Virus record (IMG/VR): IMGVR_UViG_3300049043_000348
Span: 1-60,985 of that record
Origin: a virus
Taxonomy: Duplodnaviria > Caudoviricetes
Direction: 5' to 3' (one strand)
Length of the DNA stretch: 60,985 nucleotides
Notes under the pieces: model-generated
What the model saw: the letters and a program-made list of their open reading frames with translations, nothing else
What the model was told of the DNA's origin: nothing
Databases searched by the model: none
Shown here: one piece after another, positions 8,544 through 19,838 of the stretch
Numbering within the stretch: position 1 is the first letter of the stretch
How the letters are laid out: every line of letters begins with the position of its first letter
Made by a program: the position numbers and the translations under genes

Positions 8544-10292
8544 TTAGTGTAATTTACCATTTATTATCGTAAAATTCTTGACTGTAAAGTCACCATTTTT
8601 TTCAACAGTTATATGTGCAAACCCGTGTAATGAATTGGAAATCAAGGGACTGTAGTTTGGTCGCAATTCACACAAACAAGAAGTCGACCAAGCTCCAACA
8701 ACTTCGCCATCCAAGTTTACTTCGGGATGAAAACTTGCACGATGTAAGTGACCTACTATTATGTTTTGCTTTGCCTTCATATAAGCACCTCTGGCCGGAG
8801 ACACAGGGGCAAATATGCCTTTGAAAATGTGGTGGCCGTGGGTAATAGATAACTTTCCCGCCTTCACCAGTACTTTATCATCAATTAGGTGTACTCTTTC
8901 CTCATTCAGTTTTAATCGTTCCTCTAAATGGAAATAAGGATCATCCCAAATCTCTTGCACTTTCTGAAGTAAGAATTTTTCCCAACGGACGCAGTTACCA
9001 CTAAAGGCAGACTTACCTTCATAGCGGGTTACAATGGTTCCGTTTGGCATTTCAAGACAATAAACAAAGCCGTCATAGTCTTGCGCCTTAATTGATTTAG
9101 TGTGATTAACGGAAAATGTTTTACGGAATTTAGCCTTGTATTGAATTTTCCCGTTTGCAAAACCGGACTTATTTATAAAAGCTCCATAAGAAATAAAGTA
9201 CAAATCATTTAAAATACACATCTGATGAATAACATCTATATCATTCTTAGAAGTAGTATCCCAAAATACTCCATTATCTTTTAAGCTCCCGTCTGTCATC
9301 ATTATCTGCTCATAAACTATTTCAGCTTGTCTCTTTGAAAGTTTGGCAAAGAATTGTGGGAACTCTTTTTTACAACCTAATAAATTGTAAACCTCTTGAG
9401 CTGGATTTCCGTAAAAACGGATATAGTAAGGCTGAAGTTTATTGATGCCAGACTTTTTGCAAATCTTAAACGAGTATTTATACCCTATTTTATCTAATAT
9501 CTCTTTCAGGTTTTCAATCTTCCTTTCCTTTGAAATCTTGAATTGCACCCGCATCTTGTTTGCCCCATACTTCTTATCAAGGACAAAGCAGCCGTCACAG
9601 ACCACGTTAACAAGTAGCTTCAGCATTTCATCTGATATGTCGTAGTCTGGGTTATTAACATTTCCCGTTACAGGAATATGTTTTAAGTCTGCTATGCTCA
9701 AGTCTTGTGCCTTTACCTTATGACTTCCCACGACAACATCGTGTTCATTTGTTACCACTTGTCTGGAAAAGCCAGTCTCAATATCATAAACCAAGCCTTG
9801 ATACTCTCTTTTTAGGAATGATAGTGGACGGGAAAATCTCACGTTCATAGCCTCGTCAAATTCAGCCACCTTATCGTCTGCCGTAAGTTCCCTGAAGTCA
9901 ATAAAACCTCTTTCCGTTAGCACCTCAGTACCTTCCACGTAGCAATGATTACCTTTTATCCAGTATATTTCCGCGTCTGGGAAAATCTGGCGCAACACTC
10001 GTAGGAACTGCTTAGTAGCGTCAAACTCCTGCTTAACACTTCTCTTATGCGGATCTCTCTCAAATCTGCTAACTTGATGATTATCAATGAGGTCGCCATT
10101 AATTATGATAGTATTAACCTTATGTTCTACTCCATACTCAAGGGCAATAGTTAAAGCATCTATATCGTGATAGGGTATGTGTAAGTCTGATATTAGGAGT
10201 ATGTTGTTGCACGTTAGGGGAAGTTGTAGTGGTTCCCGTTTCTCCTGATAGCTCTCAGGCAGATTGTAAGGGTTTTTAGGACGCTCTGGCAT
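8544..10292 (-). CDS. Calcineurin-like metallophosphoesterase with intein (N-terminus probably extends to about 10483)
   Basis: SDLH, NGDLID, GNH, HGH, GHLH motifs. Confidence 0.88.
   Translation of the reverse strand: MPERPKNPYNLPESYQEKREPLQLPLTCNNILLISDLHIPYHDIDALTIALEYGVEHKVNTIIINGDLIDNHQVSRFERDPHKRSVKQEFDATKQFLRVLRQIFPDAEIYWIKGNHCYVEGTEVLTERGFIDFRELTADDKVAEFDEAMNVRFSRPLSFLKREYQGLVYDIETGFSRQVVTNEHDVVVGSHKVKAQDLSIADLKHIPVTGNVNNPDYDISDEMLKLLVNVVCDGCFVLDKKYGANKMRVQFKISKERKIENLKEILDKIGYKYSFKICKKSGINKLQPYYIRFYGNPAQEVYNLLGCKKEFPQFFAKLSKRQAEIVYEQIMMTDGSLKDNGVFWDTTSKNDIDVIHQMCILNDLYFISYGAFINKSGFANGKIQYKAKFRKTFSVNHTKSIKAQDYDGFVYCLEMPNGTIVTRYEGKSAFSGNCVRWEKFLLQKVQEIWDDPYFHLEERLKLNEERVHLIDDKVLVKAGKLSITHGHHIFKGIFAPVSPARGAYMKAKQNIIVGHLHRASFHPEVNLDGEVVGAWSTSCLCELRPNYSPLISNSLHGFAHITVEKNGDFTVKNFTIINGKLH
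8994..9944 (-). mobile_element. Intein (317 aa) with LAGLIDADG-like endonuclease domain
   Basis: Starts CYVEGTEVLTERG, block B VTNEH, ends YDGFVYCLEMPNGTIVTR...SGN before Cys+1; central CDG/TDG motifs. Confidence 0.9.
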
Positions 10293-10562
10293 AGGATGAC
10301 TAACTTTATAGTCGTTTATTATATTTTCTTGCCTTCTATGGCCCTTATAGCGTCTCTGCAGTCCTCTACGTTCCTAAATGACAAGCTCTCCTTTGCGTAC
10401 ATAATCCGGGCCAGTTTCAGGGAGGGCATTTCCATTCCGTACTCGTTCCTGTACCTTCGGGCTATGTCTGTTTTTGTCGTCACAGATTGACGTACTTTAT
10501 TCCGTTGTCAATGAAGGTGTCTCCCTTATTCCACTTTTCTAATAACTGCTTTGTTGTGTAAC

Positions 10563-10961
10563 CTAGTGTTTTTTGGATGTGGGGAAGTCCTTGAACTTCC
10601 AGTCTGCTCCCGACTCCCAGCCGTTCTCTTTAAAGATTGAGATGACCTCAAACCAGTCCGGCTTTCCGTCCTTGTCCATATCCTTTGTAACGTCCCACGT
10701 AGCCGTGCGCGACTCCATAATACAAAAGTCAAGGGCGAGCGCGTATTGGTGATAGCTCTGACCGCCTCTTGCCTTTGTAACGATTCCAAGTCTTCTGCCT
10801 TCCGCGTCTACGAGCTTTGTTCTGCCTATCTTGTAAAGCTCCTCTTGCTCTTCAAAGGTGCGTAGGGTATGCGTGAACCGGCAATAAACCCCACCCGTTA
10901 GTGCAGGGGCAATCTTCTCTACATAAATCTTCATCACTTCTTCCCTGACCTTCGGATGCAA
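10563..10961 (-). CDS. Endolysin, M15 L-alanyl-D-glutamate peptidase-like (both ends frameshifted)
   Basis: RTFEEQEELY.IGRT...VTKARGGQSYHQYALALDF...GADW.FKDFP. Confidence 0.85.
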   Translation of the reverse strand: MHPKVREEVMKIYVEKIAPALTGGVYCRFTHTLRTFEEQEELYKIGRTKLVDAEGRRLGIVTKARGGQSYHQYALALDFCIMESRTATWDVTKDMDKDGKPDWFEVISIFKENGWESGADWKFKDFPTSKKH

Positions 10962-10994
10962 GTAATTTTATCCTTGATATCGTGAGCTTATCAA

Positions 10995-11480
10995 TCATAT
11001 CGGGAACTTGCTAATAATTCTTGCTACGGGTTTGCGAACAATATATCCGGCTAATGCACAAGCGACAAGCAGTAGCCAAAAGAATCTTTCTTTCCAGTAC
11101 TTACGCTCTGCGTTAGCAACCTCTAATTTCTGGTTTGCTTCGGCATATCTTCCCTGACACTCTACATAAAGTCTTCTTTGTTCTTCTATCTTTTGAGTAG
11201 GTTCTTTAACTACTTCTTTAATCTTATATACGGTTTTGTATATTGTCTTTGTGGGGGAAGTTATGGTAATGATAGTAGTATCATTTTTGTAAATCGTATC
11301 AATCTCAGTTGGGTTTATCTGCCAGATAGTATCGTACTTTATCTCTTCTTTAATAATCGTTGTATCCTTGCTAGGAAAGTTTGTACCACAGAACTGCGAA
11401 GCCTCTACAGGATGCTTTGCAAGTGTAACCATCGCACGTTGTACGCTATTACAAGCGAACAAAAAAAGACGCAAACCCAT
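10995..11480 (-). CDS. Lipoprotein with C-terminal TM helix (unimolecular-spanin-like)
   Basis: LFAC lipobox, coiled coil, FFWLLLVACALAGYIV; lies between holin and endolysin. Confidence 0.6.
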   Translation of the reverse strand: MGLRLFLFACNSVQRAMVTLAKHPVEASQFCGTNFPSKDTTIIKEEIKYDTIWQINPTEIDTIYKNDTTIITITSPTKTIYKTVYKIKEVVKEPTQKIEEQRRLYVECQGRYAEANQKLEVANAERKYWKERFFWLLLVACALAGYIVRKPVARIISKFPI

Positions 11481-11527
11481 AGGAGTCTGCGCCTAACTAA
11501 TAACCCATACGCCATAAACAAAATTTA

Positions 11528-11773
11528 TTACTCTACTACAGGTGGTTCTTTTGTAGCCATTTCACCTTGAGAGTTAGTAACTAGATTTTTTAATAAGTAT
11601 GCGAGGGAAGCAACGAGACCAGCAAGTGCGCCTGTCTTTACTTGCGCAAGTGTAGGAAGTTGTCCTGCGTCAAGAATCTGAATAATTGAAGTTAATCCAG
11701 TAGTCAAAAACGCAACAACCAATCCATTCACAAGATCGCGTACATTCAATTTTAAAAAGGGTGAATTATTCAT
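11528..11773 (-). CDS. Holin-like membrane protein
   Basis: Two hydrophobic helices, 81 aa, in lysis cluster. Confidence 0.7.
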   Translation of the reverse strand: MNNSPFLKLNVRDLVNGLVVAFLTTGLTSIIQILDAGQLPTLAQVKTGALAGLVASLAYLLKNLVTNSQGEMATKEPPVVE

Positions 11774-11778
11774 AACAT

Positions 11779-11988
11779 TTATTTTTTAGATAACTCAAGA
11801 TAGAGTTCGTGAATTTGCTCGGCAATATTATCTAACTTCTTAAACAAGACATCATCCTTTTTTTCGTTCTGCTCTATGCGGAGTTCAAGTTCCCTCATCT
11901 TTACGGTTACCTGAACATAGATTTTAAAAAGAGCTATAACAAAAGCTACTGTTTGGGTGATGAGGAATAAGATAACTCCGTCTGTCAT
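11779..11988 (-). CDS. Membrane protein with coiled coil (holin/antiholin-like)
   Basis: N-terminal TM, ELELRIEQNEKK. Confidence 0.6.
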   Translation of the reverse strand: MTDGVILFLITQTVAFVIALFKIYVQVTVKMRELELRIEQNEKKDDVLFKKLDNIAEQIHELYLELSKK

Positions 11989-11994
11989 TTTCTG

Positions 11995-12246
11995 TTATTT
12001 TTTAGAGGTTGAGTCTATTGTTAAATTAGCTTGAATATCCTTTTGAAGACTATCAACACTCTGCAAAATGAACAAAACTTGGTTATGAGGAAGGGAGCTT
12101 TGATTTACTACTTGCTTCACGGCCTGTAAGTTTTGCCAATGATAGTTGATTTGGTCTTCTTTAAATTTTACCACAATAAACTTCTCCGCTACAAAGGATA
12201 GTAAGGTTACCGCTACAACTGCTAAGATTAATAGGTTTTTTTTCAT
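11995..12246 (-). CDS. Secreted/membrane hypothetical protein
   Basis: MKKNLLILAVVAVTLLSF signal. Confidence 0.6.
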   Translation of the reverse strand: MKKNLLILAVVAVTLLSFVAEKFIVVKFKEDQINYHWQNLQAVKQVVNQSSLPHNQVLFILQSVDSLQKDIQANLTIDSTSKK

Positions 12247-12277
12247 AAATAAGTTTTTTGTTTTTTTGTTTGTATTA

Positions 12278-12285
12278 CAAATATA
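12278..12285 (-). promoter_or_regulatory. Bacteroidota -7 promoter element for lysis cluster
   Basis: TATATTTG on - strand. Confidence 0.6.
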
Positions 12286-12307
12286 ATTAATTTTTTTAAA
12301 ATGTAAG

Positions 12308-12334
12308 GGGAAGTCCTGACTGCTAAGACTTCCC
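12308..12334. repeat. Inverted pair of GGGAAGTC motifs (hairpin)
   Basis: GGGAAGTC-N11-GACTTCCC, intergenic. Confidence 0.8.
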
Positions 12335-12341
12335 GAAACAC

Positions 12342-12702
12342 CTATAAATTAGAACTCGGAGCAGTCTGCCACGGCAAGGGGGGCGTAATTACGGGAGGCG
12401 TAACTTGATTCTGTAGCTGAGTGGCTATATTAGCGTCTATTGCATAGCCGGACATCATAGCCCTTCATGTCAACCAACCCTCTACTTGGGCCTGTGTCAA
12501 ACTCATGGGTAAGCTGTAAAGTCCTGTAGGAGAAGGAGAGGGGCAGTTGTAGGTGCTATACACCTCTGCCGTAGTAAGTCTTTGCCGTCTACTACTTCGG
12601 CACCTCTGCGGCGCCAATGTACTACTGAAACCACGTTAACTAACGTCCCCTCCTGCGGATCACATCTAAGGATTCTATAATCCACGAGTAAGTAATTGCC
12701 AT
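12342..12702 (-). CDS. Fibre-associated small protein (frameshifted)
   Basis: MAITYSWII...NVVSVVHWR...DFTAY...VEGWL...ITPPLPW reconstructed across frames. Confidence 0.55.
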
Positions 12703-12735
12703 TTTGTTTTGATTTTTATTGTTAATTATTGATTT

Positions 12736-13434
12736 TTATTGTGTTAGGGGAAGTTGTGGGCAATCTTTTAAATATACCCATTTAAAACCATAGGCTTGTT
12801 TGTAAACGCCTTTACAAACCTTTGAAACTAAAGACCTGCCATAAATCGTGTCTCTTTGTATTTGATGGCCAGAATCCCAAATTTTTATAAAATCCCCATC
12901 CATAGATAATCTGCACTATTTTTTTTGAAAGCTTTGCGGCTACTATATGAGCAGGCCCTTTTAATCCCTTCTGAATTTCTTATTCTATTAAATTCAGGAT
13001 TTTGATATACGCTTTTTAAATTATTGCTTACAGCATTTTTTTTGTTCTTCAGACTGAATCACGTTTTGCATAGCCTTTTTAATGCTTATAGACATCTTTC
13101 TTATCGTTTCTGGAGATCTTTTTATGACACATACCTTTCCGTCACCCCCGTCTGTCATATTTACTAAAATAGCCTGTGCCTAAATTAATATCTACCATAC
13201 AATTTTATAAATTCCTTTTCCTTTTGCACAAGCCTGCTAACCAAGTTAAGTTATCCATCAAATATTTCTACCTCATACGCTGTTTTAGAGGCAACCCGTT
13301 TCCAAAATTCACTTCTTTGCGAAGCTTTGGTTTGTTGCTCTTTAATACCTTTCATGCCCGTAGCCAACCCCGATATAAAAGGGTTCGTTTTTATCAAGCC
13401 TAATGTGTCGATACACATACACATTGATTCTCAT
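12736..13434 (-). CDS. GIY-YIG homing endonuclease with C-terminal NUMOD1-like domain (frameshifted)
   Basis: YVYRHIRLDKNEPFYIGVG...VNMTDGGDG...VSKVCKG.YKQAYGFKW. Confidence 0.75.
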
Positions 13435-16400
13435 TGCGCTAAGGGAAGTCTTGTCACGACTTCCCCGAGGCATACTACTTTCTTTTTTTGTTCCATTAAA
13501 ACTTTCATCATTGCTTTTAATTCAGCAACTTCAGCTTCTAACTCTTTGATTTTTTGTGTGTTAGGGGAAGTCTTAACACTTGGTTCCTCAAATTTAGCTT
13601 TGTATGCACTACTTGGCCCTGATGCTGATTCAGGAGCTGGTTCTGGAAGGTATCCTGTCATCAAGTAGTACACCGTTCCGTCAATTTCAACAGGTATGGC
13701 ATAGCCCGTAGATCCACCGATTGCAGTTCCGTAAGTCCCCAATTTCCAGCTTCCGGCGCTTCCCCAGAAGGTGCTGCGGTTTTTATTGAGCCTGCCAAAA
13801 GTTGAATTTCCATCTCCAGTAATGGCTAAATAATGCTTTGGATGTATCTCCAGCATAGTTTCTTAAATCTTATCAGTCATAATCACTTGAATTTGTACCA
13901 TGCCTAAAACTTACTATTATACCATTAACTACTTCCAGATAAGGCTCAGATGCACCAATGTCGCTTTTATGCCATATGCTGACTGTTGTATCTCACGTAG
14001 CAACTATAATTTTGTGCACAAATACCCTGCCCCATTCACTTGTAGCTTATAGTCTCCTGCATCGGAGGTTGTGTTTATTAGTAACTCTCCAGCACTTGTT
14101 ATTCTCATTCGCTCGGTAGCAGCAGTTCCAAATGCAAGAGGGAAGCTATTGTAATTCCAAACATAACTAACATCGCTTACTTGACCTACATAAAAACCAT
14201 CATTAGCACCTGTGCCTGAAGTTGGTGTTTGGTATAAAGTTGCAGCATTAGAATTGTAAACTGTTAGGATTCTCTGTGGGGAAGTCGTACCTATACCTAC
14301 GTTGCCAGAAGCTAAAAATGTTGCTACTGGAGTTGAAAACGTACTACCCCCGTTTGTTGTAGAAGGTGTAATCTCAAAAGCATTTGCGGTATTATATTGT
14401 GCAGCCGCTATCCAGCTTCTATATGATGAATTTACGCTATAATATAATGTGGTATTAGTTGTACCAATTGTAAGTCCGTTGGTTATGCGAGAACTTCCCG
14501 AAACATCCAGCTTATACCCTGCGTCTGTTGTTGTTCCCACAAGTACGTTGCCACCTGATGTGATACGCATTCTTTCGGAGCCATTAGTATAAAATCTTGT
14601 ATTATATGCTCCTTGTGTATTTATATATTGGTCAGTTCCAGTTGAATACATACCATCATAGATATATTCACTATATATAGAGCCACTTACTGCTTTAAAG
14701 TAACTTGCTGTTACACTACTTGAGAATGTAGCTGCACCTGTGGATGCAAGTGTAAAATAAATACTTGCACTTGCTCCTGCACCAAAACTTAATCCTCCAC
14801 TTGAATTACCTTCAATATATCCTCTAAAAGTATTACCACTTCTTAAAGTAATGTTTGGTTGTCCAGTTGTAGGATTAATGTCTAAACTGCTTGCTGAGCC
14901 ATTTATTGCAACATTCCCACTAAACCTACCTGTACCATTTACATCAAGTTTGTATGCTGGGGAAGAAGTGCCTATACCTAATCCAGTAGAGGTAAGACGC
15001 ATTGTTTCAAAGCCATCATTTTCAAATATCATATTTGAAGATGTGTCAACTGATAATTTACCCTTTTCTGTTGAGCCACTTCCAAATCTTAAAATCGCTG
15101 TTCCAGAAGAAGGATATATTCTAAACTCTCCAACATTTTTTGTCAATGATGTAATAGTAACAATGCTACCATCATCCGTTATTGCACTATTCCCTATTGT
15201 ACTTGTACCCGTAAACTTAGGTAGGTAGTTAGTAGTACCTGTGCCTGTTACAGGGTTAGTTAAAACACTTTGATATTGTGGAATGTTTAAAGTATTCCCT
15301 ACAAAGGTTGCAGCACCACTTGTTCCTGTTGTGGTAAGAGTGATTGTAGCTTGTTTGTTGTTAAAGGTATTCCAATCTGTACTACTTAGGTATCCATTAG
15401 AAGCTGTTCCTGCTTGAGATATTGATATTGTCGGGGAAGTCCCGCCACTTGAACTGATAGGAGATGTTCCCCCAACACTACTAACCTTTGTATTAGCAAG
15501 GGCAGCTACCGAATCAATACCTTTTTGTCTCCAAGCTCTTGTTGAAATAAGTAAGGTATCTATAGCGAGTGTCCCTGTAGTAGTGATAGTTCCCCCTGTT
15601 ATACCTGTTCCATTATTGGTAGCTACTGAAGTAACTGTTCCCCCAGCATCTATAAGAGTATCTGTTATACTAAGTCTTCCCGTAGCATCAATACGTAATT
15701 GTTTTGTGCCTGTGCCTGTGGGAAGTCCTGACATACGGACACCACGTTGAAAATAAGCCCCATTTGCTACTTGTAAAGCAGAATCAGGAGAGGAAGTTCC
15801 AATACCAACACTACCCCTTAAATAAGCATTAGCATTAGAATTAGAATATATCGAATACCTGTTTATACCTACATCAATAGAAGAATCAAGGTAAATTCCA
15901 TAAGAATTATTTATAGTTCCTGAGTTTCTCCAGTAATGCGTTCCGCCTGTAGTGGATATAAGGCCTTTACCCACAGAAATCCCGTACACAGCACCGATAG
16001 TAGAAGCTGCATTATTATTGTAAACACTTACTACTTGTCCAAAGGCTGTATCTATAGCACCCCCGTTATTATTCCAAACTTCGATTGTTTGCCCGTGTAG
16101 CTTATTAACTGTTCCTTGCTTGTTTTCAACGCCAGAAACAGAGCCGTAGGCATTAGTTACCGTTCCGGTTGTATTATTAGATACGATGTTATAACTTCCC
16201 CAAGCAATAGGCATTGTTCCAGATCCATTGTGATAGGTCCAAGCTTGCATAGATCGTAAACTTCCTGATGAGTTTTTTGCATTTGCGCTATCCGTACTTG
16301 CAGAAAACATTCCACCCATAGCTCTATTTGCAATAGAATCCCTGACTAAAGTAAGCCCTATGACACCTATAGTACGTGGATCAGCGGCGGCAGTTGTTGT

Positions 16401-19088
16401 AATAGCCTTTCTTCCCATTACATAAGGGTAATAGCTTACAGATTGAAAATCATAAGTTCCGGGGATAGTATCGCCTGCTACAAAAAACCCATTATTAACA
16501 TACGTATTCCCATTTATTTGTAGCTTGGATGTTGGGGAAGTAGTGCCAATGCCAATTCGCCCGAGTTTTGATAAATCTGTGACGTATCAATCGTTCCTGA
16601 TGCTGTCCATTTAGGGATATAGTTAGCAATACCACTTCCCCCTACCTTATTATTAAAGGTAGACCAGTCTGTACTTGATAGTTTACCTGTATTTGTAGCA
16701 GAAGCTACAGGTAGGTTAAAGGTATGTGTGTCTGTGAGGGAAGATATGTTAAAGTCAGTACCACTTGTTCCCGTAGTTAAATACTGAACCTGTGCTGTTA
16801 AGCTATTTAAGGCCGTGATGCCTGTAGTAAAGGTGGTAATAACTTGGCAAAGATGACTATTCTCGGTATGTAAGGTAATAGTTCTGCCTGAGTGAGTGAC
16901 ATAGATTCTTACTGCAAGTCGGTCTGTGAGTGTCAGGGAAGTCGCGGGTACGGCAAGAGCGGTAGTATAAATATCAATAGCCGTACCGCCTGTAATTACT
17001 TCAGGAGATGCACTACTTGAAGCAATTAAAGTAAAAGCTGTCCCATTATATTTATAAAGTTCCACATAAAAGCTGGGACTTCCCCCGCCCGATGAAGCAC
17101 TAAAATACATTTCAAAGTTCCAATTACCCGCAGGGATATTTAGAAGAGCCGGGTTCCCGGCATTGGTAATAAACTGAGTGATGTACCCATCTAGCGGCAA
17201 TACTAAAGTCTGTTCCCGCTCCAATGACAGGCGTATTTGCCATTTGGTAATAGGTGTTGCCAATAAAAGTTCCTTGATTAACAGAGCCATTCAAGTAGTA
17301 AGAAACGGAAGAGCCGCCACCGCCTCCACCCCCGCCGGGGAAGTTAGCAAGGGTTCCATCTCCACTGATATACTGAGAGGCAAGACCTGCTCCCGTTACC
17401 GCAAGGGTTCCTGAGCTTGTGACAGGACTTCCCGCAACAGCAAAAGCAGCAGGCATAGTAAGTCCTACAGAGGTTACTGTTCCTCCTGCGTCTATGAGTG
17501 TATCTGCGTAGCTTATATTGCCAGATGCGTCTATGCGTAAAGCCTTGGTTCCGGGTGCTTGGGGAAGTGATGACATACGCACCCCGCGGTTAAAGTTAGC
17601 TCCGTTCTGAACGGTCAAAGAGGAGTCTGGAGAGGTTGTCTGAACACCAACATTACCTGCGCTACTAATGTATAAATTGGTAGCCAAGACATTGTTTACC
17701 CGATTTCTAATTGCTAAATCTGCACTAAAATTAGCCGCCGTAGAATCTTTTATTCTTGTTGTTAAGGCTGCTACATTTGAACTTGTCTTGTTGTCTTTTT
17801 GCATATTGATCAGAAGACCTGTACCCATATTTATTCTATTCGTGCTATCGGGAAGTCTTCGCTCAATAGTTAAGGGATAATTATTTGAAGCAGGCACAGT
17901 ATCTATTTGTAAGAATCTACCCGCTCCATTGTCGTAACCATAGGCTGTAGCATCAACAGCCCACCCTGTTGTGTAATTGTTTACAGCCTTAATAGTAGTT
18001 CCTGAATTTGCATAAGCATCTATCTTGGCTGCTGGGGAAGTTGTGCCTACTCCAACTAAGCCATTACTTTGATAGATTTGAGAAGTGTCGATAGTGTGAG
18101 TACCGCTGAACTTGGATACATAGCCACTAATTCCCGCAACATTATTATTAATCAAAGCCGCTACACTATCTACCCCCTTTTGTCTCCACGCCCTCGTAGA
18201 AATCAAAGTAGTATCTATAGCAAGCGTTCCTGTGGTTGTAATGGTTCCTCCCGTAATTCCAGAGCCGTTATTGGTAGCAACAGATGTTACCGTTCCTCCT
18301 GCGTCTATAAGTGTGTCTGTATAGGATATTTGCCCTTGTGCGTTGATGCGTAGTTGTTTTGTGCCGACTGCTTGGGGAAGTCCCGGCGCACGTATTCCTC
18401 CGCCAACATAAAATCCTCCATTAACACTTAAAAGACTATCAGGTGTTTCTGTTCCGATACCTACTTTACCTGTGTTTTTAAAGATTACGCGAGCATTTCC
18501 CCCGCCATTCACATTATCATAGAAACGTAAATCTCCTACTTCAAAGCCTACTGTTCCTGTTTTAATAGTCCAATCTCCGTCTGATGCAGTTTTTAATGTC
18601 AGGGAAGATGAGGCAGCGCCACCACTAGCAGTTCCCTCAACACTCAAGTCTCCAAATAAATTCTTTACATTAAATTGAGGTGTATTAAATAGTATACTAT
18701 CAGAAGTATTAACCACAAATTTACTTAAGCTATCAAAGGTTAATCTATAGCCAGCCCCTGTCAAAGTTCTATTTGTAAGAAGTGTTCCGTCAATCGTATA
18801 GATATTATTACCTGAACCCGATGCAATAGGAAGCCATTGGGTAGCCGCCGCATTACGTAGCCACAAGTTCCCTGACGCAGTAGTAATTAAAGCACCGGGA
18901 TACTGACTTATCCTTTGCGTATTAGCATTTGCCGTATCAGTAAATTGCCATACAACAAGGCGTCCCTTTAATCCTCCTTTGCTTAATACAAGGGTAGAAT
19001 CTGATCCCAAATTTTGGGAAATTGGGTACTGAGAGTACGACATCTTCCCCAGCACTAACAAAACAACTAATGCAAATATTTTCTTCAT
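13431..19088 (-). CDS. Giant fibre/adhesin-like protein with Sec signal peptide; ORFs 17124-19088, 16514-17290, 14004-16418 and 13431-13856 probably one gene
   Basis: G/T/S-rich, GNVGIGTTSP and ERMRITS.G fibre repeats, C-terminal coiled coil; fragments abut or overlap. Confidence 0.7.
13443..13465. repeat. Inverted pair of GGGAAGTC motifs
   Basis: GGGAAGTC-TTGTCAC-GACTTCCC at the 3' end of the fibre gene. Confidence 0.8.
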
Positions 19089-19838
19089 ATATCTTTTTTG
19101 TATTTTAACGTTATGCTTAATTTTTTAGGGATGCCTATTCCTCTTAAATATCTTCTTACAGTATGCTCACTTACCCCAAAATACTTTCCAGCCTCATACA
19201 TAAACGAAAATTCTTTAATAATAGTTCCGTTTTCATCAAGTTGAACTATACTTTTACCAGCTTCTTCATTCATTCTTGCGGCTCGTTCTTTACATTTCTT
19301 TTTAAAACCTTCATCTCCCCTTGAATTTATGCGAGCTTGTCTTATTATCTCTTTATGTTCCTCGGTTAATTTTTTGCCACACCCATTTTTATTCCCAATT
19401 TTACCAAGAGCTATTCTTTTCTTGATTCTTCAGATTTTTTTTACCCGTATTTTTTCTTATTATCTCCAATCTGCTTTCTTCTGGTCTTTTCCAGCCAAGA
19501 TTTCCCTCACCCCCATCTGTAAGATTTAATCCATTTTGCTCTGGGAACTTATATATATTACACATATAAGATTTAATCCAAAACATCTCTTTCCCAGAAC
19601 AGTACTTTGAGTCAGAATGAAAAGTATCTATTACCTCTACTTTGTGATCTTCAAATCCATACTTACATAAAGAATGGTATAACATTCTTTGTTTGCTAAC
19701 TTGGTGACAGGTTTTGTAATTTTTGTAGTTATTGTGCCTGCCATACCAATTTGAAGTTTTGCCAATATATACCCTTCCCGATGGGTTTGTTATTTTGTAA
19801 ATAACCCAATCCCTTGTATCTAATTGATTTACAATCAT
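19085..19838 (-). CDS. GIY-YIG homing endonuclease with NUMOD domains (one indel)
   Basis: IYKITNPSGRVYIGKT...GLNLTDGGEG...IVQLDENGTIIKEF. Confidence 0.85.

Noticed and set aside
15500-18460. Fibre repeats as DGR template/variable repeats or a shufflon
   Set aside because: Differences are mostly synonymous and not adenine-specific; no reverse transcriptase or invertase seen
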